64,000 nt of DNA from Takakia lepidozioides (Eukaryota; Plantae; Bryophyta). A program made the position numbers and the translations under genes. The stretch covers positions 34,596,001-34,660,000 of the forward strand of contig CM060734.1 of assembly GCA_030704615.1 (NCBI GenBank). Direction: 5' to 3'. Each line of letters starts with the position of its first letter. The stretch's first letter is position 1. This document shows positions 48,501-58,574 of the stretch, in pieces. The notes below the pieces were generated by a model, which made no database searches, was not told the origin of the DNA, and saw only the letters and a list, made by a program, of their open reading frames with translations.

Positions 48501-51500
48501 TTGGTCTTAAGTTTTCCTTCACTTGTAACTGGGATGCCCATTTACAAAAAGTGGTTCAAACAGCTAAATACAAAGCTTTGAGCCTCACTCAATATTTCCA
48601 CTGCACAGGGATAAATACTGGAAGTGACCATGCTTTGCAACGTTATTAGGGCTACCTTGGAGTATGCATCTGCCGTGTGGGAGGGCAACCCCAACCATGC
48701 AAAAACTGAATCCCTTCAGCTTTCGGTGCTCAAAGAGAGCTTGTCAGCGTAAGAACCAACGTGGCGAGTTTGGCGTACTACTCTCTGTTCACCAACTTTC
48801 AAAATGCTGAGGCTGAGCCTAAAGCCCTGGCCCTGGCAGCTCACAACCAGCAGATTGATGCTTTTGTGAAGGCTTGCCGGACCAATTGTTTATACCAAGG
48901 TAAGTCCGACTACTGAAGTGAGCCCCTCACAAAGGTATGGTTTGTTCCCTCTTGTTCCACCCAAACTGGGTGGGGGTCTAGCCACAAGGCTACGGCAAAC
49001 GTCGTCTCATAAGTACTTTCTCTCTCTCTGCCAGTTTGCCCTGCACACAACCCAGAGTGATGGGCAGAAGCCTGTTGTGCCCTGCACTCTTCTCATGTAA
49101 GGCTATAAAACTAATATCAGTATCACTGCAACTGGGCTGTCAAGTTTGCATGAGGACAAGTGGCTCTGTGAGCACCTTAATGGCAGTTGCGGGAAAATAA
49201 GTTTATACCTGCAGCTGAGTTGCAGCGATAAACTAAACCCTGGTAGGTGCAAACCCCACAAAAGGCTCTGGGAGGGTTAGTTTCCTGTGGGGTCAATGGC
49301 CGTAAGGCTATGGCAAGCCACCATTCACAGGGAACGGCATAAGTACATTCTTTGTCTGCCATGCCGTCCACTGATGTATTTGGGCTGATGGGGGCCACAG
49401 TAGCTGAATCAATTTTTTCATCTAGCAGTATGTCCATACCAGCCCATTTCAACAGTCAACCCCGGATTGTGATGAGCTGTGTGCAAGAGTCCATGCCATA
49501 TTTTTACTGTACATGGTACATTGTGTGCCTGCAGCAAACCACACTTGTTGAGTCAGTCTGTTTTTGACATTGATGCATTGCCTACTTTCTTCATCCACTC
49601 CAGCTATTGTTGATTTCATACTAATTCTGCTCTTCCCATGGGATGAAATGAAGGTGCTGCAAGCAGTGCTAGCGCGCAATTCCATTCCTGATGACGCTTT
49701 TGCTGCTGTTTGTGTGATTGTGGATAAGGTATGTTCTTTGTTCAGAACTTGTTTTATGATGTTGTGCATGCGATGTCTTCATGTTTGTTGGCGTTTTTCT
49801 TCCTCGCGTTGTGCATTATTACGGGGTGATACTTATAGGCTTGTTTGCTTCCATTGTGAGTGAAGTGCAATTGAACTGAATGTTTTGAATGGGTTGTCTC
49901 CTATGAGGGAGGTCCACAGAGTGGCTTTCCAAGAGGGGAGTGACAAACATGAAGGAATACACACTCGCATTTGTAGATTTGGAACAAATGAAGCCGCAGT
50001 GAAGATGTCTAGCCGAGGGCAGGTGGGAGAAAGAGAACATGTCTTAAAATCTATGTATGTTGAACAGATCGAGAAATTACCAAGATTGGAGGTTGAGAAC
50101 GAGCTGGCAGCATTGGGAGTTCCACCTGAGGCCATTAATGGAATTTTGCAAGCTCTTACTTTGGAATCTCTGGATGATCTTCAAGGTACATGTTTAGGAC
50201 TGTCTGCCGGAGTTTTAGTCAATTCTTTTGTTTGGCCTTTTATCTCATGAATGAAAGTGGGGAAAAATGAGGATGGTATCAAACAGTGGACCTCACCATA
50301 AATGTGTACAGTCATCTCTGTTTTGACTTCGGTAGGGGGATTGGCAGATTTACTAGGCTCAGAGAGTGGAGCTGTGGAGGAGCTGAAACAGCTGTTTGAG
50401 TTGGCTGAGGGCTATGGCTATGCCGATTGGTTGCGTTTTGATGCATCAGTAGTGAGGGGTCTTGCATATTACACAGGGACAGTTTTTGAGGTAAGTGTTT
50501 CTTTGTTATTGACCTTCATTTGGGTTTACAGATAGGGAAAAGCTATTTCACAGCCCATAGCCTTGTTCTCATAGAGTCTTCACTTGGTTTTAACCTGCAA
50601 AAAGTTGAGAGAAAGAAAGGAAAAAGAAGCAGAAGGCTCTTTATCTTTATAATTTCCACTCGGCCTCGAGGGCCCATTGGGGAAAGTAGAACAACCAGAA
50701 AAGAACATCAAAATACAGCAAACGCTGCCTGAAGACTAAGTCAGGCGGCAGGGGGGTGCCCGGAGGGGCGGGCGGGACGACCGCCACGTGCAGGTCGCAG
50801 GTAACGCAAGACATTACATTTCGGGGCCTCAAAGCTAAAGACAAAGAAAGATAGGAACTTATAATGTGCAGATGGAGCAGAGAGACTTAAGAAGCAAAGA
50901 TTGATCTTGTGTATGAATCATTGACAGGCATTTGATAGGGAGAGGAAGTTGCGGGCTATTTGTGGAGGGGGGCGTTATGACCGGCTGCTCTCAACGTATG
51001 GAGGCACAGATATGCCAGCGTGTGGATTTGGCTTTGGCGATGCTGTCATCATTGAGGTCAGCCAGTCTTCTCCTTCCACTCCTACATAAAGGTGTAAGGA
51101 TGTGGGAGGAAGATGGATTATATCCCTTGTACTTCCTGCAAAGGGGCTAAATTCCTCCATATCCATGATAGTATTGCTAGAACTCAGACGTCAATCATGG
51201 GATATGTGCAGATCTGTAAAGTCATGTACAATCACAATCTTTCTATTGGTAGGAAAACTGGCGTACTTGCTTTCGACCAGTCCAGCTGGGATGATTGTCT
51301 GCATTTTTGTGGGTGCAGTTGCTGAAGGAGAGAAGCCTCATACCGGAGTTGAGCCATGTAGTTGATGACGTTGTAGTAACTTTGGAGGACCACCTCCGAG
51401 CCCCTGCAGCCATGGTGGCAGCTCGCTTGCGTAGTGCTGGCCGAGTTGTGGACCTTGTCTTGGAGAATAAACGCCTCAAGTGGTGAGTAGGCTCCGTTGT

Positions 51501-52124
51501 TGACCTGTGCTAATATCTTGTTCTGCTTCACACTCTGTAAGGAAAGATCTTAGATTTCACTTGCCTTCCATAAACTTGAAAGGGATGGAATTTTATGGTA
51601 TAGACAGTGTGTATAGGCTGGATAATTCAAGGGGGATATATGTTTTGGACCCTCCCCTATCAACGTTGGCTTTGGGTAATCCTTTGATGGTGTAGATCTT
51701 TCGAATACTTGCCTTTCTGAACCAAATTATGGATTTCGCGTTACAAGGCTGTCATAACAATCCAGTTACAGGGATTTCAGTGTCAAAGAAAAACACTTGT
51801 GGCTTAAGGTTGTGTACCCTGTGGCTTTCTCATGAGAAGAGGGAAACCTTTGTGGTATTATTATTATGCCGATTGTTACATTTCACAGGATTTATGGCAA
51901 GATTAGATGGCAGTGCAAACAAAGTCGAAACATTGCAGAGATGACACTACTGTATTGCATTTGTGATGGGCAGGGTTTTCAAGCACGGAGAGCGATTGGG
52001 TGCAAAGCGCTTGGTGCTTTTAGGGACAACAGAGTGGGAACAAGGGGCAGTACGTGTGAAAGACCTCGTGTCCAGAGTGGAGGCTGATCTGTCTGTTGAA
52101 CAATTGCTATCACAGTCAGCGTAG
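39000..52124 (+). CDS. HRS1: Histidine--tRNA ligase, chloroplastic/mitochondrial type, 12 exons
   Basis: Exons 39000-39180, 39494-39657, 40047-40142, 40471-40559, 40844-40973, 41260-41352, 49654-49728, 50068-50185, 50348-50490, 50928-51056, 51319-51482 and 51974-52124. Motifs [56 protein letters not shown] and GFGFGD. N-terminal transit-peptide-like extension; start codon uncertain. Confidence 0.95.
41376..42490 (+). mobile_element. LINE family B, tandem copy 1 (5'-truncated)
   Basis: Starts after (CT)n just downstream of the splice donor. Ends ...NNVL*-GTACA followed by (TC)n. Zn knuckle [18 protein letters not shown]. Confidence 0.9.
42520..44620 (+). mobile_element. LINE family B, tandem copy 2, containing the RT domain
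   Basis: [51 protein letters not shown] and YTYLGV motifs. Stops at 43079 and 43931. Flanked on both sides by (TC)n. Confidence 0.93.
44642..45785 (+). mobile_element. LINE family B, tandem copy 3 (more diverged)
   Basis: Same 3' region with frameshifts; ends GAGTACA followed by a degenerate TC tract. Confidence 0.88.
46100..46170 (+). mobile_element. tRNA-derived SINE head (copy 3); a related 3' part occurs at ~47380-47470
   Basis: TGGCCCAGTGGTTAGGGC (A box) ...CCTTACAAGTGGTCATGGGTTTAAAGTCACATAGG. Confidence 0.5.
47620..49030 (+). mobile_element. LINE family B, old degenerate copy 4 (a further 3' tip at ~49270-49347)
   Basis: [29 protein letters not shown] and LEANVSTC remnants; ends ATAAGTAC followed by (TC)n. 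Confidence 0.8.
50620..50740 (-). repeat. 3' end of a further retroposon family (also at ~9840-9930, plus strand)
   Basis: Minus strand TTGTTCTACTTTCCCCAATGGGCCCTCGAGGCCGAGTGGAAATTATAAAG resembles TTGTTCTACTTCATCCCATGGGACCTAGGTCCCCTGTGGACACTATAAAG at ~9862. Confidence 0.4.
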
Positions 52125-53755
52125 ATTAGTATCGCACCATTGTTTTGTACATTTGAACTGTCCTGACCCAAAGACAGTAGGCCATTCTTTGATAGGTCCC
52201 TCCCTATCACTTTCTGAAACCCCCATCGTGGGTTCGGCATGTTGTCAATCTCAGGGCACACAAGCTGTAGTTAGTGTTGCGAATTCAAGTAAGATAGGCA
52301 ACCATCAATATTTTCCTCCTTCATGAAATATAGCTACAAAGACCTGCTCTTTGGGTTAGGAGGTTTGATAGTATTTGCCTGTGTACCCACTACATGCATA
52401 TGCCTGAGATTCCATTGCCATGGTTTTACATATCTAGGCTACAAACAACTACATTTTTGGCACATTTATAAAATATATGATTGCGGTTTTGAGGGGCGTA
52501 ATGATTTTATTTTTAGCTCTATTTTGTTCTGTGACATCGGGCTTTGCACCATTACATCCATGCAAAAATTTGGACAAAAAAAAAATGGAAAAAAAACAAG
52601 TGGGTTTCTAGGGTCACTTTTGCATAACTCTCTATGAAGAGTGCATGAAGTTGAAGATAACTCAACTTTGGAGCGCAAATGAGAGAACAAAATCTGGTTA
52701 TGGGTCCAAATGACTTTTGTTTACTCCCAAATTTTCCATGACACGACGTCTGCCAAAGAAGACTACAGAAGCAGGGGCCTGGATGACTGTTCGATGTTCA
52801 GTTCCATAGACAATTGATATAGAGGGAGGTGTGCATGTATGCCCGTGATGTTTCCAGGCCTCTATCCCCTATTTAAAAAGTATTTGTATAAACTTCAGAA
52901 AATGATGTCTCCCGAAGGAAGTGTATTGCAATTTGTATTGCAATTTGCAAATAGTATACTAGTATAAGTATTTCCCATAGATATGTACAATATATGGTAT
53001 CAATAGTGTGGGTTTATTTTTTTTAATATCAGTTCAATATCAGTATGGGTACTGGAAAAAAAGACAGTGAATTTTAAGGGGGGTGGGTCAAGTATACTCA
53101 AAATGCACCAAACTGAACACAAATTTCATTGTTGAACCTAGTTTAGGGCAATGCAAACTATACCCCATTCAAGAACATGAGTCAGACTAGAAAGTTGAAA
53201 CAGAATGGAGCAACTTAGCAGCTGCGGGCCTCAAACTGATCTTATTTCGTATCGGGAAACTTTAGCAAGTATGTGCCCCTGAATGTGCCCCTAAACCGAA
53301 GTCCAAGAAAAAAAAGATCCTACGGAGCCGTCACGCCGTCACCATTATATGCCTTTAGTATCTGCGAGACCCTACCCAAGATGCACAGCCAAATCTCCAA
53401 CGATCCGTCCCTGTAGTATGAATATTAAGCTCTCATAGCCACACAAAATGGTAACAGCCTGATACGAAATGGGAGCCCCAAACCATGCCTTAGGTATTCG
53501 ACCTACCACCTACTTGACTAGTAGGTTCTCGAAGAACCTGCTGATACCTACTATTGATATCCAAGAAGACCCGCGATACCAATACAACACCGGTGTACAC
53601 CTTTGTGATAGCAATCGGTGGATTGAACCGGGGGGTTGGTAGAACGTGAGCACACCTCACGCGAGCATAGGAAAAATCACGTGAGCACAAAATACGGCAA
53701 TAGGGTACCCATGTTTCCACGGAAATAATACGAAAGACAGAAATAAGGTTCACAC

Positions 53756-54418
53756 CAGTGTTGGGCAGTTCTTTACAAAAATTGATAACTTGCGGTTCCG
53801 GTTATATACTTAATTTGTTTTTTAATAACATGCGGTTCCTGTTATTTGAAAATTTACAAATTCTAATAACCTGTCGGTTATCAATAACAGAATATTTTCA
53901 CCCCTTGCCGGTTATCAATAAATCCGGTTATTTCTTGAATGATAACTGGCGGTTATTTGTACCGGTTCTCGATTGCTGATAACTAGGATAAAGACCATTG
54001 ATCGCATTTAATTTAATAAATATTATATATATAAGGTGATAACTTAATTATTTTAACAGGACAAGCGCAAGTGAAAAACACTTTAAGGGCCTGCTGTTGG
54101 CCCACGCCCCGCATTTAAGGCCTGCACCTGCCCCCCCCTCCTCGCTTGATACCCCACGCCCTCAAATAAATATAAATAATATATGTACATACATATAACC
54201 GGCATTTTTATTTCCCTTAACCCCCTTATCCGGTTCTCTATCCGGTTAAATATTATACATGCGGTTATCAATGTATCCCGCTTATCAGAAACCACATAAC
54301 CACAGGTTATCAATATCATATTTTTTCAAAAATATGCCGGTTCCGGTTATCAATATATTGATAATCGGCTTGATAACCTGGTTTAATACCCTGAAAACCT
54401 AATAACCGCCCAACACTG
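53756..54418. mobile_element. hAT-type MITE, 663 bp
   Basis: TIRs CAGTGTTGGGC(A/G)GTT ... AACCGCCCAACACTG. 8-bp TSD GTTCACAC (53748-53755) / GTTCATAC (54419-54426). Many subterminal CGGTTAT/ATAACC motifs. Confidence 0.88.
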
Positions 54419-57109
54419 GTTCATACACGCGAATAGACACCCTTACTATATATCTACAAGCTCCATGTTCCAAATATTTACAGCTTTGGTATCCTACAAA
54501 AGAATAACACATTAGGAAAAAACAAAGTCACATTAACCAACACCATCCAAAACACACAAATACCTCCGGGGGAGTGGATTTGGATGGATTAAAAGCACAT
54601 TCATTTCTTCTCGTACTCGGTCAAAATGGGGTGCTCTTTGCTCCGTCCGGCCATTAACTTTACAACCAAGTGTTGGTTTTTCGCCCTCCTCGTGGACTAA
54701 GATCTGGAGTGATTTCTAGAAAAAGGACAGGTCGGCAAGCTAAGTGGCTTCCTCTGGAAACTGATTAACAGAATTCCGTCTGTCACAAGCCACTTTGCTG
54801 ATCCCAATCTCCGTTGCAAAGCCTGTAATCTGCAGATTCCTGAATCGATTGAACAGGGTGTGGTGTTTTGTGCTTTCCTTCTACAGACCTTGGAAGGCTT
54901 TGGCTGCACCTTCCATCTCTATTCTTCTTTTGAACTATGTGAATGGGCACCTGGTCTGATTGCCCAGTTTGGGCAACTCTCAGAGCCCATGCTCTTTGGA
55001 ATATTTGGCAAGCTAGATGGAAGCTCGTCTTTGATGCAAGGCCGATTTCAGTTAGAGTTGTTCTTTATGGGGTTCACTGAGACCTGTTGTCTGAGGCCAG
55101 AAAGGCATTGGGGGGTGGTTTGTGAAGCTCTTCGGGAGTGTAGCTTAAGAAGGAGGGATCAACTGCTCCTTCAATTTGACAGCACTTTGGCCAGAGGGCA
55201 TATCATTTGCTCAAGATCAAATTCTTCGGGAGTTTGCTGGGTTGCCACCATCTCTGCAGGCTGGGAGCTCCTTTAGTGCAAAACATTTGCCAGCGGAAGG
55301 GGAAGACTTTGAAGTTAATTTGAGGCACAAAAAGTCCTTCAGGAAGACCAGATCTAGGACTCAGTTTTCCTACGAGCCACAGAAAAGAAAACATGGGAAT
55401 TATTAGCTATGTGACGAGTTGTTGTTAGGTCTCTCTCTTGGCAGCTTCAGTTTAGTTTCCGGGGGCCTCTACTGGACATCATGCTGCTCCTTTGTCTTAT
55501 TCCTTTTAGCTTCTCTGTCTTTTAGCTACTCTCTGTTCCTTGTGTTTCCCCCTTCTTTGTCTTCGAACTTTGGTCACGAAGCATTTCCTTCCTAGATCAG
55601 CCTCCATAGCACCCTAGTGGGAGGTTATTTTTCCTCTATGTACTCTGTGGGCTTTTGCCTCCTGCTAATAAAATCTAAAGGCTAGAGCTACAATCCCCCT
55701 TTTAATTTTAAAAAATATATTAAAAAAATCAAATACCATACAATAATTGAACATTATTGCGGTAGGTCATTACCAATGCTTTCGTGGGCAAAACAAAATG
55801 AATTGTCTAGTTTCGCATATTAGTGATTGCTACGAGCATCAACATCACATGATTAAATATGCAACTATTAATCAACAAATGGAGATGGCACTGAAAGGAA
55901 ATTCTCTATGCTGCAACTTCGTGTGGTTTGTGCTCACATGAGCAGAAAAATCCAAATGTTTCGCATTTAGTTTGCCATGAGCACATTTTAGTTTCGCTAA
56001 AAGTATTTTCCAAAAATATTCTTGGAATATGCAACATATCCTCTTTTGCACTGAGGCGTGAGCCTGAACACATGACCCAACCTCAATTGACCCGAGGTGG
56101 TATGTGCCCATACCACTGGGCTACAACTTGGTTTTCTCGGTTATCAACATTATAGCACAACAGACTACGGCTATGCGTTGCTCCGCACTGTTATTAACAT
56201 AACAATGTTCTATGTTAGGCGAAAAGCAATATGAACAATGCAAGAACTTAATACAAACCTACGATTTGATGGTATTTTCGTCGGACTCGTGAGCTCTATA
56301 AGCCTTTTTTTTCAAAAAATGAGTGGAGGATCAAGGAGTTACTTAATCCTCATACGTTGCTCTGATTACGTCCGTTAAAAGGTGTTTATCTTCCAAAGTA
56401 TAGATGTTCAGGACGAAGTGACACCATCATAAGTTATGGGTGCTTCGACAAGAGTTTTTTTTTTTTTTTTTTTTTTTTTCTTAATATAGAAAACTATTTC
56501 TCTATATTCTAAATTTTAAATAAAAAATCCAATATATCTTTAAAAAACTACACTTCATATAAATTTTCAATTAAAAAACATTAATTTAAAATTAAAATTG
56601 TTTAAAATATAAACAAGAGTAAAAATACACTAAGAATCTTGACATTTTATTAGTTGTTACCATTATATATGTGTGTGTGTATATTAGTAATTTGAAACTT
56701 GCTCATCAAGAAACCAAAAAGTTTTTGAAGAAGAAGAAGAAGAAGAAGAAGAGGGACGGAGGCTTAAGGTTTAACTTCTAAGGATTTTAAAAACTTAGTA
56801 AATAACTATATTTTGTTTGATGGTTATATCATAATGAATATGTAAAATAACTATAACATTTACATTGAATGCACAAAGAAACAAAATAAAATCGGGACCG
56901 TCAGCAACAGTCCCCATTTAGCCAACAGTAATTTATAAAATAAAAATTGAGACCGTTAGCTATGGTTCCAATTTTTTTTTTAAATGAAAATATGGACCGC
57001 CATAGTTAATGGTCCCGATTTTTTCTGTTTTAAATGTCGTGCGCATACATATCGCTACACAACTACATCGCTGTCCAAAACCACACAACACATGTGCACA
57101 CCAAACGAT

Positions 57110-58384
57110 AGTCTATCACTAGTCCACCACTAGTGCACCACTAGGCTGCCACTAGACAACCACTAGTCACCACTAGTGCAGCTACTAGCCCACCACTGGG
57201 CTGCCACTAGCCACCACTAGTGCAGCCACTAGCCCACCACTGGGCTGCCACTAGCCACCACTAATGGAGCCACTAGTCCACCACTAGGCTGTCACTAGCC
57301 ACCACTAGTCCATCACTAGACTGCCACTAGTCGATCACAATCGCCCCCCTAGCTGGCGCTTAGGTCCCTCTAAGTCCAGGTAGCCACAAGATGTGATAGT
57401 GGCCATAGCCTCACAAAGTCCTCCACTATTGTCCTTACTACACTCAAACTCAATAGATCAAGAGGTCGGGTACAAGAGTTGCCCCATCGTTAGTCGTCGT
57501 CTTGTAACATGTGGACTTGAGCCTAAGATCTTGGGTATTGACTCCTATGAGCTTGGCCTCCCATGTCTTGTGAGCTGTCACTAGTCATATCCACTGCCAC
57601 TATCCCAAGCAGTGTGGACATAACCAATCTTCATCAGGAACCCTCTCAAAAGGTGGTGTCAAGCATCCCATGTGCCAACCTCTTGAGCATCGATCACACA
57701 CCAGCATAGTGGCGGCACCACGAGCATGCCCACATAACATGCAACGCAACCCTGCAGGTACCGCTGCAAGGTTGGGATCTATCCTCCCATCCACATGTGG
57801 AAGGTGACATGGCGCACAATTGCGCACATGGTCCTTCCATACCATGTGATCTCGAGCCTCCAGAATCAACACTCCTGAAGGCAACACCTTCCTGACCCTT
57901 AGAATTACACGTCCTGCTGTGACATCCAAGGTCGTAGGCGCTGTTTGCTGCAGATACACATAGTCCCTAGGGTGGAAATGCCGAACACCTGGCCGATATC
58001 CCCCTCCATGTATAGTGGCATACCTCAATGTGTCTCGGTGTTGGGCAATAACAAGATTCTCAAAAGCCATAGGCATGACTCTCTTGAACAATTCTGCCCG
58101 TTGGGCACATGCTTGTGTCCATACATCCGGATCATCAAGGTTGAGGACTACCCCTCATATGAGCTATACTTAGACTCTCCAACGTTGTTCGAGCGGCTAG
58201 CATAAGCCACTACGAACTCTCTTCCATCATCATCCACCTGTGTGAGCACCGCTCTAAGCCTCAACATGCTCTAATCTATATGCACCTGAAAGGGACGCCC
58301 CCTGATAGGTCGTCTTAAGATCGGCGCCGAGATCAACCTCGCCTTGAGCTCTTGAAAAGCTCGCTCTTGCTCATCTTCCCACTG
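57110..58384 (-). mobile_element. Internally deleted Ty3/Gypsy remnant with PHD finger at the integrase C-terminus, PPT and start of the 3' LTR
   Basis: RT-RNase H connection [25 protein letters not shown]...VVAYASRSNN joined by a deletion to ENLVIAQHRDTLRYA...CMLC...CDRCSRGWHMGC...WLCPHC (C4HC3). PPT AGGGGGGCGA at ~57341-57350, then LTR start TGTGATCG at 57339. Confidence 0.85.
57116..57331. repeat. CCACTAG-based short tandem array within the LTR
   Basis: Units such as CCACCACTAG and GCTGCCACTAG repeated head-to-tail with no unique spacers. Confidence 0.85.
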
Positions 58385-58385
58385 T

Positions 58386-58574
58386 GTTTTTGGGCTTATC
58401 AACACACTCTCTAGGATGTCTTTGGGGATCATCAAGAATCTTCGGATGTGTGGTGATTGCCACACAGCCACCAAATTCATCTCAAAGATAGCTAAGCAAG
58501 AGATTGTTGTACGGGATGCAAACCGCTTTCACCACTTCCAAAATGGTGTTTGTTCTTGTGGGGAGTATTGGTGA
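58386..58574 (+). pseudogene. C-terminal half of a DYW deaminase domain (PLS-class PPR RNA-editing factor fragment)
   Basis: Manual translation: [62 protein letters not shown]. The HxE motif and PPR tract are absent; the fragment abuts the Gypsy remnant. Not in the ORF track. Confidence 0.9.

Noticed and set aside
54671-55692. Solo LTR (TG...CA)
   Set aside because: Flanks CCAAG and ATCCC do not form a TSD, and there is no PBS or PPT; probably a repeat but unclassifiable.
57116-57331. CRISPR-like array (also considered for 33553-33738 and 62980-63170)
   Set aside because: Units are contiguous with no unique spacers, there are no cas genes, and the context is eukaryotic.
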